Under the pieces are notes generated by a model, which was given only the letters and a program-made list of their open reading frames with translations, had not been told where the DNA came from and made no database searches. A stretch of DNA of 64,000 bases from the human T2T-CHM13v2.0 reference genome, Homo sapiens. The stretch is taken from assembly GCF_009914755.1 (NCBI RefSeq), contig NC_060943.1, one strand, 5' to 3'. The position numbers were made by a program, and so were the translations under genes. Positions 1 to 14,797 of this stretch are shown one piece after another. How positions within the stretch are numbered: the first letter of the stretch is position 1; each line of letters begins with the position of its first letter.

Positions 1-744
1 AAACCTAAATCCCTCGGAGCAACCAGCTTCAGACACAAGTCTGAATTTGTTGCCTGTTGTCTGAGATTGACCCAAGGTCTTCTCCTCATATGAGATGGGG
101 ATCCCAGGCCCCCTGTATTTAGGATCCAACCACCAGCCACCCTTGTGGGCCCACCTGGGCCTCTTCACTCCACTTGTGTAGGAAAGCCAAATGTCCAGAC
201 CTGGTGTCCTATTTGTATCTCTCTTTTTCTCAGTGTATGTTTGCTATAATGGCAATGATACAGCATTTCCATATAAGTTTCGGGATATGGAATGTTCCCC
301 ACCCCAGAAAGTCCCTACGTCAGCAAGCCCTGATTCCACCCCCTTTGGGCTGGCTGTGCATGTGCTCAGCTTGATGAAAACAAAAATGGCCTATGCAGTC
401 TACACTGCTGAGTGTGATCTGTGGACATAGCTTCCTGATCCTGCATCTCCTTCCCCCTCATTACTGAGGTCTATTCTGTCTCTCACTTTTCACCTGAACT
501 GCTCCTGAAGCCAAGATGAGGAATGGGGAGGGTCTTCTCCTGGGGTAAATCTTTGCTCTGAAAAGCCTGGGCTTGCCCCACTCTGTTATCCCCTCCTTTG
601 AGCTCCATTTCTGCCAGAGGTTGGCAAGATGCAGCCTATCCCTGTTTGGTCTTGTGCCTCCTATAAGCCAAGAAATAGCTTTTTATTTTCGAATGGTAGA
701 ATTCATCAAAAGAATAATAATACTTAAGGACATTTTGAAATTTT

Positions 745-910
745 CCATGTCCAGAAGAAAACTTTTGTGGAGGTGCAGTCATGCCTGTTCTTTTACAGGG
801 TGTCTGCAGAAGGCTGCTGTCCTGCTACAGTGGCAGAGTTGAGTCTTTGGGACAGACACCAGTGGGAAAACCTGAAAATACTGACCCAAGGCCCTTTAGG
901 GACTGTTTTT
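745..910. mobile_element. hAT-Charlie MER58-like DNA transposon fragment
   Basis: ..tgctacagtggcagagttgagt..cctgaaaata..ggccctttag resembles MER58. Confidence 0.45.
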
Positions 911-2375
911 AGTTCTTGATTTGAGAGTTACATAGTGGGACTGGAGGCTTTGCACCAAAACTTTTATCACTCCCACTGCTGTAGTCTCTGCTGGTGTGTC
1001 TGTAAAGTTAGGGTACCATGGCACCTCCCTTGAGAGTATTGAGCTCCAGTGTGCTAGTTTTGGGGGTGCCTGCTTCATGGTTGCTTATCCCACCTACAGA
1101 GGTCCTGGGCCTAAACCAGGCCAGCAGGATGAGTTGGTCATTGGAGGCTGGAGCCTGCAGGTGGCAGAGGCACTATGGAAGCTGGTGTTGCTGTAGTCTG
1201 TGGCTCTGGGGGTGGTGGCTCCTGCTCCCTGGACACCCAGGATGTATCTTTCTGAATTTGGAAACCTTCCTTAAACTGCCAGCCTCAGGACCCAGCCTGA
1301 TAATCCCCAACAATCACATGTAAGTGTGCATTTGATACATGTAGTGTATTTGCAGAGTTATGGAACTATAGGCACAGTATAATTGAAGTGCATTTCATTC
1401 ATCCCCAAAAGGTGATGCTGTTTGTGGCCAGTCCCTATTACCTTCTAGCACTAGACCACTATACATCTCCCCTCTGTCTCCAGAGATTTGCCTTTTCTGG
1501 ACATGCCTTGCCAGTGGAATCACAGAATGGGGTCATTTGCTGCTGCTTTCTTTCTGTCAGCTTAATGTGTTTGAGTTCCATTCCTTTTGTAATGTGTATT
1601 ATTACTTTATTTTGATTGACAAAAAATATAATAAAGATATACCACCCATGTTTTTCCTTTCATTCCTTGAGATGTATTCAGGTAGTTTTCATCATGAATA
1701 GTGCTGCAGTGAATCTTGGTGTGCACGTAGACTTTCATAGCTTATAGGCGCATAACTGGGAGTGGAATTGCTGGGTCAAAACAATAGTTCCTTCTTAAAC
1801 ATTTTGAGAAATTGCCTCATTGTGTTTTAACTGGCTGCACTATTTTACACTCCCACCAGCAATGTGAGGTTTTCCTATTTTTCTCATTCATGACAACACT
1901 TTTTGTTGTTGTTGGATTACAAGGTGTAAAGTGGTATCTCTCTGAGGTTTTGATTATAATTTCCCTAATGGACTAATATTGAATATATTTATACATACTA
2001 TTTAAAATTTGTATATATTTTGGCAACGGTAAAAATTTCTATTAAAATCTCATTTTTAAAATTGTATTTTTGTCTCTTTATAGTTTGTATTCTTAAGTTT
2101 AAAGTTACAGTTTTAAAAAAATTACAGTTTAAAAAAGTCTTAAAAAACATTTTAGTTTAAAGTTACAGTTTTAAAAAAAGTTACAGTTTAAAAAAAATGT
2201 CCTTCCCTATGTGTTTTTTGGGGGGTTGTATTTTGAATAGTATTGTTTCTTTAATTATATTTTGAGAATATTGGTAGTGCACAGAAATGCAATTGATATT
2301 TCTATCTTGATCTCAATCGTCTGCAATATTGCTAAACTTATTACTTTGAGTGAGTTTTTACTAAATTTCTCAGGA

Positions 2376-2691
<316 letters not shown>

Positions 2692-2755
2692 TGAAAAGGC
2701 AATTTTACACTTTCCTTTGGAATCTGGAGTCCTTTTCTTCATTTGTTCTTTCATG

Positions 2756-2953
2756 TTTTTTTTTTTTTTATGATACTTTAAGTTCCGGGATACATGTGCA
2801 GAACATGCAGGTTTGTTACATAGGTATACACGTGCCATGGTGGTTTGCTGCACCCATCAACCCGTCATCTACATTAGGTATTTCTCCTAATGCTATCCCT
2901 CCCCTATCCCCCCAACTCCCCAACAGGCCCTGGTGTGTGATGTTCCCCTCCTT
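2756..2953 (-). mobile_element. 5'-truncated L1PA 3' end
   Basis: Poly-T followed by tactttaagttccgggatacatgtgcagaac..atgttcccctcc. Confidence 0.9.
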
Positions 2954-3784
2954 GTGATTTTTTTTAACAATGTCATCAAGGACAATGTTGAATAAAAGTG
3001 GCAAAAGCGAATATTTGTGCATCTTGTTCCCGGTCTTATGTGGAAAACATTCTTTCCACTAAGTATGACGTTTTCTGTAGGTTTTCTATAGATAACCTTT
3101 ATCAGGTTGTGGAAATTCTCTTCAATTATTGATTTGGTTAAAATTTTCGTTATATGCTAGGTATAGTGAATTTTTTTTCTGTGTCAATCCGATAACCATC
3201 TCTTGGTCTTCCATCACTTTTACAATATGGTATATTACATTAATTGTTTTAGCCGCTTTATTGAGATACAATTGATGTACAGAAAACTGAATGTTTATTA
3301 TATTCAATATGTTAGGTGTGGACAAACACTTGTGATATAGAACCACAATCAAGATAATAAATATATCTATGTTAATTGTAATGACCACAGGGCCCACACA
3401 TCCAGGGACTTGAGAAATCATTTAGAAGAATGGATATGAATGGAAACATCAAGTTTTTTTAGTTGCCACATAAACTGCATATCTGTGCCACAATTCCTCT
3501 TGGTGTAAGGGTCCTTAATTCTTTTTAAATGTTGTTGGGTTTGTTTTGCTAGTATTGAGAACTTATTTTGTCAAATTCAACAGGGGTAGTGTTCTGCAGT
3601 TTTTTTCTTTTCTCCTGTGGTTTTTGTATTATAGTAATTCTGGCCTAGCATAATTAATTGGGAAGTTTTTCCTTCTCCTTTTTTTCATATTTGTAAAGGG
3701 TTGGTTGTAATTGTTCATCAAAAATTGGCAAAATACACATCACTGATGCAATTGAGATTGGGCATATTCTTGGCATGAAGATTT

Positions 3785-4067
3785 TTATTATTTTTATTTT
3801 AGATTCAGGGAAAACATATGCTTGTTTGTTACAAGGGTATGTGGCACGATGCTGAGGTTTGGGCTTTGACTGAATGCATCACATATGCAGTGAACATCAT
3901 ACCCAATAGGTACTTTTTCAACCCTTGTCTCCTTCCTCTCCCCACCTTTTGGAGTCTCCATTGTCTTTTGATTCCCATCATTAATTCCATGAGGACCCAA
4001 TGTTTAGCTCCCACGTATAAGTGAGCACATGTGGTATTTGTTTTTCTTTTTCTCTGTTAATTTGCTT
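3785..4067 (-). mobile_element. L1PB/L1MA 3' end fragment
   Basis: catatgcttgtttgttacaagggtat..gaggtttgg..tgtttagctcccac.tataagtgag. Confidence 0.8.
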
Positions 4068-4849
4068 GGGGGAAAAGGCCAAATTGTGGCAATTTGCATG
4101 CATCTAGCTCTGCTATACATAATTAACACCAGAGCCCTCAATATTTTTTCTTTTGCAAAGATGGGGATTGGATCAAATATATCCAATGGATGTTTTTAAG
4201 CAGTTTAAATACAGAGCCTGTTAGATCACTTGCTCATTTTGCTAAAATATATTTGGGGAGAGAGAAGGAGCCTTTGAGGATTTTAGGCTATGGATGGCCC
4301 CACATTCTCATCTAAATTGTCATGGGACCATTGGCTAAAATTAAAGCATTTTACCCAAGAAAATTCTTACTCTCCTCCCAAGAGAATATTTGATTTGCAT
4401 CTGCTACAGAATTTTCTTTTATCCTTGATTATCATTTCGGGTTTTCTGGGTCCTTTAGGGCTGTTTTAAGCTTTGTGTGGACTGATAGACAAGATGTAAT
4501 TTAACTCTTAGAGAATCAACCTATAGCAAATTTCAGAGGACAATTCATGTGATCCCTTGATTCCATTCCTACCCAGTGCCTGCCCCTGTGTGGGAAAGAT
4601 TTCCAAAGATTCATCAAGGAATAATATATAACTTTCTTTTGAATTATTTTGCCTGGGTTTTTTGAGCTTGAATCTTCAAAAAGAAATTATTTATATAATG
4701 TATATTATTTAGATACTTTGTAGCTGCAATTTGGCATGCAAAACTATTTTTAAGAGGTATAATTTTCTAAGTATATTAAATAGAAAATATTCATTTCTAG
4801 ATACAGCATTTGTGCATGTTAAAAGCTGTTTACTGAAGAAAATAAAATT

Positions 4850-5095
4850 CATAATTCTGTTTATATGGGGTACCTAGAATGGGCAAATTCATAGAGGTAA
4901 AAACAGAATAGAATTTACTGGAGGTAAAAGCAAGAGTTGTTTAGTGAGTACAGAATTTCTGTTGGGGAAGACAAAAAAGTTTGGGGTTTAGGTAGTGGTG
5001 ATAGGTACATAGCATTGTAATTGCATTTAATGCCACTGGATTGTACACTTACAAATGGTTAAGATGATAAATATGGCATGTATATATACAATGAA
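4850..5095 (+). mobile_element. L1MB 3' end fragment
   Basis: gtacctagaat.ggcaaattcatagag..aatgccactg.attgtacactt..aatggttaa. Confidence 0.75.
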
Positions 5096-6615
5096 AACCT
5101 GTAACTTCTAAGAAGATATATATATACACACATATATTATACATACATACATGTATACATATACATGTGTACATGCATCCATAGGCTTCAGATTAAATTT
5201 GCCTCTTCTCCCTAATTTATTATAGAATGCCAAGTTAGGTAGGGAAGGAAAAGTAGATTAATTTGGTCCTGGGAATTTTTTTGTTTTTGAATTTTATTTG
5301 GCTTACCACTGAGAGTAGAAACTCAATTTGAATGTGTGTGCCACTCTTCTTTATAATTCAGAAAATATTTCACTATTTTGTTTATTTGCTATAAGGGCAA
5401 GGACTCTATGATTTTTTTCATTATGGTACAAGGATATTTTTAGGACTGAATAGTTATCAGATGCAGAGGAAGGTAATCTTGAAGCTCAATTCCCAAATTA
5501 AAGTGTTTTGTATACAATTTCTTACATTTTTGCAGTGTTGACCTTAGGGAATTTTCTAAGCTCACCTATTTGATTTCACTGAACCATAATATAATGTGCA
5601 GTTTCTTTTCTTGTAGGCCAAGAAGTGGCCACGTGAACAGTTGGGATTTGTTTCCATAAAATTCCTCTCTAGTCAAACAAACAGGTCATAGAATAAACTA
5701 AAAATAAATTTGTGGAAGTCAGCATTCATTTATGACTAACAAAGAAGAGAAAAATTCCATGAGAAATAGCAAGTGCAGAGCTGCTTCCTTAATAAAAATC
5801 TACCAATCTATTTCAAATTTAAACCCAGCCATTAATTAAAAGGGACACATAAAATACATTGGCATTAAAATAACCTCAGAAAAAGGAAACCTGTTATCAC
5901 CCCTCTCTTTGAACATCATTCTTGAAGTGCTAGCCCATGCAGACAGGGGAGAACTGAATAACTGTGTATATAAGAAAGAAAATGAAAAACTTGTCATTTT
6001 TGGATGATATAATTGTCCACTATGGAAGCCCAGAAGAGTCAACAGCAACTTAGTACTAGTAAGAGGTTGGTTACAATTGGAAATTCATTTATAAAAGTCA
6101 GGTAGATAGGCATGTCTTCTACCTGCGGGTCTGGGAATATATCAGTGAGGGAGGTGGAACACAGGTTCTAGCTGGGTCTTGGGAAAGTGAGGAGGAAGCA
6201 CGTGGACAAGGCAGGGCTCCAGAGGCACCAGAGGGCTCATGGCTTCTCTTTGTTCTCGCCACCACTTTCACTGGGGCCCAGGAGCTGAGTTCCAAGACTT
6301 GGGGAATAGTGGACTTCTGGGGCAAAGTGGCTGATGCACCAAAACATCTTTTAAAGAACAGATAAAGAACAGAAGCGTACCTGGGAGAGCTGGCTGAAAC
6401 CAGGACACGGTGGGACCATTGGAAAGGACTCTAAACCACAGCAGCAGAAGGAGAGCTAGACTTGCAGGGACCCAGGCTCCACACTAGGGACCTCGACCTT
6501 GTCCTGCAGGGAGTGGAGACCCATGAATGGATGTTAGGTGGGTTTGGTTTGCACATAGCCTTGGTGTATGTTGATAGTGTTGTAACTGATGACTAACCAG
6601 GCCTCACATTTGCAG

Positions 6616-6721
6616 CCCACAGTGCCTTGCATACAGGAGATCATCATTCTTCTGGTCCTATGCCATGTGATTGTTACTGAGGAGGATGGAGATGACATCA
6701 TCTACCACGCCTCCTCCCCAG
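6616..6721 (+). pseudogene. ATP8A2-like pseudo-exon ([35 protein letters not shown])
   Basis: tttgcag acceptor, G|gtgagg donor, 106 nt, open frame. Confidence 0.88.
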
Positions 6722-7453
6722 GTGAGGGCTGTGGTGAGATGCATCCTGCCAGACCCTCCTCAGGAGACAAGGGTATTGGCAGTTATTCGTGAATGATGCA
6801 ATGGTGCCACCTCTGCCACAGACTCAGCTGTCTGCCCCTGCCCTCATACCATGACCAGGCTGTGACTACAGGTGTTAGAGCTGTAGAGAACTGGGACTGT
6901 GCTCTCCCGACTCTCCTAACGCTGACAACAGAGGGAGGACCCAGGCTGTCTTGCATTTCCCAGCAGTGGCTATTGGGCTAAGTAAGTCTCTGAAGAGAGA
7001 GCAGGGCAAGCTTCTGTCATCCCCTAGCCCCCAGGAGTTTTCCAACTGCTGTGGAAGCTGTGTATGAAGCACTCTCCCCACTTTGTGTGGCTCTGGCAGT
7101 CCCACAGCACACGACTAAACATGGCCTTGCTCAGAGGTGACATTTGGTCAGAAAGTTGTGGGAATACTACTTAGGTTAATTAGAGAGAACTTGCCCGTGA
7201 AAGTAGCAGGAATGTAAATCACTTTCCTGGTGAATTAGCTCTAGGTCCATGTGCTCCCATTTAACAGAAGCGCTTATTTCAGGACCATGGTGGTAGGAAG
7301 AGTGAGTGCTGCTATACCCTGAGTCCTTACTACTGTGCAGATAATGCCAGGCCTCTTTAACTAGAGTGAGTTTTGCTAATTTGAAAAATGACAGTAAACA
7401 GAATTTTACCATTATGAGTGATTGTCAATGTTTCACCAACTCTTTATTGACAG

Positions 7454-7532
7454 ATGAAGCTGCTTTGGTGGAAGGTGCTAAAAAGCTGGGCTTTGTACAG
7501 TGAGAACACCATATTCGGTCATCATAGAAGCA
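7454..7532 (+). pseudogene. ATP8A2-like pseudo-exon (DEAALVEGAKKLGF..RTPYSVIIEA), frameshifted
   Basis: gacag acceptor, gtaagt donor; apparent 4-nt deletion after GGC TTT GT creates an in-frame TGA. Confidence 0.9.
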
Positions 7533-9392
7533 GTAAGTGGCAAACTTGTGCACATTTTAGAACAGCTACTTTCTTGAAGATTGTGTATTGGACATAGCAT
7601 GTCTATTGCAAGAATGATAGCTAAATGTTTATTTTTCTATCTGTGAAAAAACAGAACTGTTGAAAAGTTGTTAATGTAATTATATTATTAGTGTTATTTG
7701 CATTACAATACTTGTTTGCTCTTTAAGATGCTTCCCCACACATCTTTTTACATTGGTGTGAAAATATTAGTAGCAAAAAACTTCAAAAGTCTAGTTTTCA
7801 TTCTACAATAGTTGGAAAATTAATTTTTTGTTGCACATAAGGGCATATTCTATGCCTCTTGTAGCCTCAGCACCTAAGATTTCTTACACAGTGAAGCCTC
7901 ACAGTCCTCTGGGCTTCTGTCTGGCTGGCTGAGAGAGAAGGGGTCAAAGCTTAATATCCCTAATCTATATAGGAGGGTTCTTCTTCACTAAAGTAAAGGG
8001 AGGTCATGTATTTTCTGATTTTTTTTTTTTATTTTTGCTCCCTATGGTTCAGAGGAAGAAATTTAGTGATAGAAAAAAGGTTATATCAAGAATAAGATCA
8101 AATAGGGACCCTTGAGATGGGCAACAGGGTAAAATGATGATGAGGACAAGCAGGGCAGGGGAGTTTGTCATGATGACCAGTTAGAAGGGCTATAGTGCAT
8201 TCGAAGTTCACTTCCAAGGGGTATATTAGCGTGATATTGTTTCTGACTGTTTAGTACTGTAGTCAGTTTTTGCCTTTGCTTCTATGCAAAACCTGTGAAA
8301 TATCAGACCTTGTACAAATTGCTTATTTCTTAGCATCTGCAGTTTCCTTTCTTATGGAGTACAAAGATCAGATTATGTTTATTTTTATTGTAACCAACAG
8401 AGGGAATTTAGCTTAGGGAAGTGTGCAAAAATAGAACAAAGTACTGATTGAGTATAGTATTTCCTTTACAGAAGCTTTTTAAAAATGAGGCCTTTCCCTC
8501 TTGCGTTTGAGGAGGCTTCTAACCTTAACTGGAGAACTTTCAATCGCATGGGTGCTTGGGTGCTGCAACATTTATCTGCATTGCAAAAATGGAGGTTGGG
8601 GGTAGTGGGCAGGGACTAGTCAATCAGAAGTGGGAGAGACAGACAAGAACAGCTGCTTCTGTCTCACTCACATGCCAAAGAAAGACGAGCATCTACAGAG
8701 CCTGTTGATACCATCCTCTTAGTGTTAGATGCCAGACTGGTACCACTTTGTTATTTCATTGAAGTTTTTTGGTCATATTTCTGGGAGTAAAAAAGAATAC
8801 CCTATTCATTAGGACTTGCAAATAATCATAATAAATATAATCCTATTAAACCATTAATACTGGGGTGACGTGGAACCACAGATTGTCAAATTAGATACCA
8901 GGTATTTACCAGGTATTATGATGACCTTGCTGGTCATCATAAGAGCTGAGTCCATGGGTGCACGTGGAGGTGGTTGATGTAACCATCGTACCGAGAGATG
9001 TGGCTCCTGGGAATGGAAGCCCTGCTGCTAGACAGTGGATATTATAACATTCCTCAGCCTGAGGAGAAAGGGAACTGGTGGATCCAGAGAGAGCTGAATA
9101 AAGATGGGTGAAGGCTGGATGAAGTAGATTATTAGTTGTATTTTAGGATGTAGTGAGGAGTAAAGCGTTGTGGAGATGATTATTCAGTCATGTACTTGGT
9201 CATTCAGATACATTACTTCACTGATTATTTCTCTCACCCCAAGAGGTGAGTGCTATCACTATTCATCAGTAAGTCAAACACTTAGTGGAAGAAACTGAAT
9301 TTAAATTCACATCTACTGGGCTTCAAAGGCTACATTCTTTCTACTGTGATGTGTTATGGAAATACCAGATTAGATTAAAAAGTTTGAAAGCA

Positions 9393-9671
9393 GGCCAAGT
9401 ATGGTGGCTCACACCTGTAATGCCAGAAATTGGGAGGCAGGAGGATCACTTGAACCCAGGAGTTCAAGACCAGCCTGGGCAATGCAGAGAGACCCCATCT
9501 CTCAAAAAACAATTTTGACATAGCTGGGTGTAGTGGTGCACACGTGTAGTGCCAGCTACCTGAGAGGATCGCTTGAGCCCAGGTGGTTGATGCTGCTATG
9601 AGATGTGATTGCACCACTGCACTCCAGCCTGGGCAACAGAGTGAGACCCTGTCTAAAAACAAAAACAAAAA
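9393..9671 (+). mobile_element. AluJ-like SINE
   Basis: Two-arm Alu with (A4-5C)n tail. Confidence 0.88.
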
Positions 9672-10417
9672 CCTTTAGAAACAGCATACACAGCATCTGG
9701 GATTTTGTAGATGGAAAGAAATTGTGATTCTTGACTTCTAACTTGAAAGAACCCAAAGAAGAAGAGCATTTGATTAATTGCCCTAAAACCAGGTGCAGAG
9801 TTACCATCTCTTATCTGCACCAAGATCCAAAAGCCTTTGAATTCCAAAAGTTTTGTCCTAAGTTTGGGGAATAGTCATTTGGCAGCAAAATCTAATCAGA
9901 ACTGACATGAGGCTATTATAATCTTTATGAATCTCACTGCATGTGACTTTCATACAATTTTCTGCAGGAAGTGGATATGTTATAGCAAGCAGTGTTACCC
10001 CAGACCGTGCAGGGGGCATTATGATAAATGGTCTAGAATGCGCATATAACTATATAAAATTGGAAAATCCTGAATTCAGAGGCATAACTAGCCCCAAGAT
10101 TTCTGATGGACCCATGCAGCTTTGTGTTCTTTATCTTCATTTCTTGGAGGTAGTTACACCAGCCAATTGTTAAGACAGCCATGTCACTGAAGAAAAATGA
10201 GAAGCTTTTATCAGAAGAGCAAGCTATGACCCCAGAAGACTTGTCAGAAAATAGTACATGTTGCAGGAGGCTAGAGGGTGGGAAGGGGAGAGAAAGCAGA
10301 AGAGATGGGGGCAGAGAGAGATAGAAAGAGAGTGGGTTTATGAGTGGGAGAAAATTGCTTTGAGATTTTAATACTTACACTTTTAATAGGTAAGAGCCTA
10401 TTTATTTTTTCCTTTAG

Positions 10418-10467
10418 ATGGTACAGGAACAGACACTAGGAATCCTTATAGTCCTGGAATTTTCTAG
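10418..10467 (+). pseudogene. ATP8A2-like pseudo-exon (MVQEQTLGILIVLEFSS)
   Basis: Polypyrimidine tract and ttag acceptor; 50 nt; donor reads gcctgt (non-canonical or decayed). Confidence 0.85.
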
Positions 10468-11570
10468 GCCTGTATCTCTTTTATACACTTAAAATATGTT
10501 TTAAGTGTATGAAGGAGTTTATGAAAGTTTAAGTGTATGAAAGTTTTTAAATATATCTTTTTAAAAGCTTTATCTCAGTTCATTTGTATGATTGTATGGC
10601 ATGACTCAATATAGTACTTAAGTATTAAATACAGTAAACATCTCTCCAAATCTTCTTCTCCTTGGAATTTGAGACTTTTATTAAAGAAAATGAAGTAAGT
10701 TATTTTCTTTGTTTTAGTCAACAGAAGTAAAGTTTCATGTGCTCCTTTTCTTTACACTTCTACAGTTTGATGTTCTTGCATCAGCAGCTGCAGAGCAGTC
10801 TGAATAGTTTATACATGTGATGAGAGCATTATTTTCATTGGCATTTCCCACGTCCTATGAGGTCTTTCTCCTAGCTCCATCTGAGCGTGCCTCTGGAGAT
10901 CTGAGAAAGTGACAAATGATGACAGATGAGATAAATTCATCTCATTAGAGGCTTGGTCCATGTAGGACAGTTCTACTGCGCATGTGTGTAAGCATTTTTC
11001 CCCAGAGCAGTTTTGAAAATTAAGACTCATAAACATTTGTTAAATTATCTTATTCCCCTAGGATATTTATACTTTGTTATAAGAAAACGCATCTTAATTT
11101 TTTTTTGTTTTTGCCTCTTTAACACTGAATGGTCAATGCTAAAACCAGGTTCTGTTGCTATCTGAATTGCATCTTTTCCTGTTACTAAAGTTAGGGGAGT
11201 TTTTCTGTAACGTTTGTTAAATGATTCATGAATTGCTTGCTCTGTCTGCTTTATAAGCTATTGGATAAATGTCGGCACTGCATTCGCTTGTAGGAAATAC
11301 CTTCCAGATCTAGTCTTTAGGTTTGCAAGTGTGAACTTTGGTGAGACAACAACCCTTGGGGTTACATATTTAACGAGAGAGATTGGGGATGGTTGATGAC
11401 TGTGATAGCTCGTGGAGTGGGTGGTGATGGTGCTCTGGGTATGGAGGTGAGGGACGTGTTAGGCAGCCCTCCAGACTTTTTTATGCCCATCTCTTGTTGG
11501 AGACTGTCCATTACTTTCTAGTTGCATTAACTAGGACCAGCAGTTAATGGACAAGCAAGAAGGGAGTTAG

Positions 11571-11994
<424 letters not shown>

Positions 11995-12021
11995 TAATCT
12001 TTTACCTGAAGTTACTTAATC

Positions 12022-12325
12022 TTTTTTTTTTTTTTTTTTTTTTTTGAGATGGAGACTCACTCTGTCACCCAGGCTTGAGTGCAGTGTTGTCATCTCGGCT
12101 CACTACAACCTCCTCATCCCAAGTTCAAGTGATTCTCCTGCCTCTGCCTCATGAGTAGCTGGGATTACAGGCTCCTGCCACCATGCCCGCCTACTTTTTG
12201 TGTTTTTAGTAGACACGGGGTTTCACCATGTTGGCGAGGCTGGTCTTGAACTTCTGACCTCATGATCCACCTGCTTTGGCCTCCCAAAGCGCTGGGATTA
12301 CAGGCATGAACCACCGTGCCCAGCC
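12022..12325 (-). mobile_element. AluS (Sg/Sc-like)
   Basis: Alu consensus; TSD-like cttaatctt on both sides. Confidence 0.92.
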
Positions 12326-12342
12326 TCTCTTAATCTTGATAA

Positions 12343-12704
<362 letters not shown>

Positions 12705-13696
12705 TCACTTAATTTTGATAACACTCTTTTCAAGCAGTTGCTTTACATATTGAGAACCTAAGACATGGATTTGATATCTTTGGTAAGCGCACACAACCAC
12801 TAGGTAGTTGAGAGAGAATGCAGGAATTTATCCAGAGCTGAGGAGAGACTATCCTCACTCTTAGGCATTTAAAGTTGATTGGGAAGGACCAAACTGAAGA
12901 TCCACAGAGATGGGTGGTCAGGGCTGCTATAGTTGAGGTGTGTCTCAGAATGATAACATGTTGACATAGGCATGGATTGGAATGTACAGAAAAGGAGAAT
13001 GGTGAGGCTTGTGTGTGCTTGAAGTCTGGAGGTTGCGCATGGAAGGATGAGTGGGAGATGAAAGGAGGCTGCACAAGTGGGTGGATAGCAGTAAGAAGAA
13101 TTTATGGGTGATTGGGACTCACGAAAGCCTTGGTGGGTGAGGGTGGACCATGATGAAAGATGTGTAAGGAACTATAGATGCTTTGGTGAGGAAAGGAGAG
13201 AGGAAGAGTTTATTGGTGCTGAATTGGGAATGTTCTAGAGGTTTGTAATTTTTTTTCTACCCAGTTTAAAGATGAAACAGTGAGGAACTTTTGAGTCAAA
13301 TGGATCTATACTGAATCTCCCAGTTTGCTACCTAAAGATCAAGTTACTTGATAATTCCTAGCTAAAAAAGTAAAGAATACTTTTAGAGAGTAGATCCAGA
13401 AGTCAATCACATACACAGCCAGTGCTAGAATTCTCTTTTTCTTTTTTTCCTACTGCAAATAGCTTTGCTAGTATATTTTTGTGGCAGGGGAATAAATAGG
13501 TTTATGTCCATTAGATGTAAATGAAAAGACTAGGAGATACACAGTTACGTTCAACTTTGAGGAAAAAGGTAGGGAAAGATACAGCTTGACTGTTTTTAGG
13601 AGTGTCAGGCCACCTTTTGTTTTTATTGGTGTTTAGCTGTAGGACACACATTCTATCAACAGAGCAATGGTGACCTTTCATTTTTTACTCTCCCAG

Positions 13697-13762
13697 TGAC
13701 AGAAAAAGGATGTAATTGTTCAAAGTCTTTCAGTGCAACTTTAACTCCACTGTAAAGGGGCT
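13697..13762 (+). pseudogene. ATP8A2-like pseudo-exon (DRKRM..LHCKGA), frameshift and stop
   Basis: cccag acceptor, gtaagt donor; apparent 4-nt deletion in the MSV codons; TAA stop. Confidence 0.87.
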
Positions 13763-14585
13763 GTAAGTATCGGTGCAGTGTCCTGCATAGCAGAGAGTTC
13801 TTGGCAACTACTTTGTCAATCAGCTCCTTTTCCTAACTGTGGTTCTCATCATTTGCTTATTGTTTGCCCAAAGTTGAAAGGTTCTTTCAGGTAGGTTGTC
13901 AAGTTGACTTAGGAGTAAAAGCCCATGGTGGTTCAAGGCAGAATGGCACAGATGGTCAGTTTTAGCCAATAGTTGTTTCAGAAACAGCAACTCAATGTGT
14001 CAGGCAAAATCCTTGGAGTATAAATTCTGATTCCAGTTTTACCAGCATTGTGTTGTGACTTTGGGAAGATAAAGAATTTTGGTTGGCCTGTGATGATCTT
14101 CTTTAAGTGCTCTGATATGTAAATATATGTTCTCTAGCAGCTATTCTTCTCAATTGTTGTGGTTAATTTTTTTTTTCATCACCAAGAGCTATGTTGTGGG
14201 GACAAGGGCAGTGTCCATCTGTGGCTGCATTATTGCTGCTCCTTTTGGTCAGGCTTTTCGTCCTGTCTGCTTCCTAGTACCCAAATCTAAATGTATTCTC
14301 TAAGAAATCTGTGAATCTTATTTTTTTTTAATTTTATGTATTCCCTAAGGAATTTGTGAATCTTATTTGTTAAATCATGATCTTATGTATTGAGGAAAAT
14401 AATTATTAAGCTTATTTTATTTGACTGTCAAAAATATAAAGCTATTCTAGGATTACTGATTAGTTGAAAATCTTAGTAATCGTTACCAATTGTGGGAAGA
14501 ACGGTGGTTTCATATGAGTACAGTATGACTAGCGGTTTTTAAAAATGAGGAATACATGGGAATTCTCAGGGCATTATATTTTACC

Positions 14586-14797
14586 CATGAAATAATTCTA
14601 TTTTTAGTAATAGCTACTTAAATTAATTTCATCTAGGTTTTGTTCTCACATGATCTGTTTCTTAAACTTTTTGTTTATTTAACATTATATTTTATACATG
14701 AAATAATTATGTTTTGAGTAATAGCTACTTAAATTAATTTCGTCTAGGTTTTGTTCTCACGTGATCTGTTTCTTAAACTTTTTGTTGATTTGACATC
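14586..14797 (+). repeat. Tandem duplication, ~111-bp unit x2
   Basis: catgaaataatt..tagctacttaaattaatttc.tctaggttttgttctcac.tgatctgtttcttaaactttttgtt starts at 14586 and again at 14697. Confidence 0.92.

Noticed and set aside
174-1323. Short ORFs and an acceptor-like site (~233) in the GC-richer first 1.3 kb
   Set aside because: I recognise no homology and no convincing paired splice donor; a tblastx search would be needed.
2095-2200. Repeated aaagttacagttttaaaaaa units, superficially array-like
   Set aside because: Simple slippage repeat inside an old L1; no unique spacers and a eukaryotic context, so not CRISPR-like.
4070-4640. Non-repetitive-looking segment as a possible receptor or ERV pseudogene
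   Set aside because: No frame gave a recognisable motif; left unassigned.
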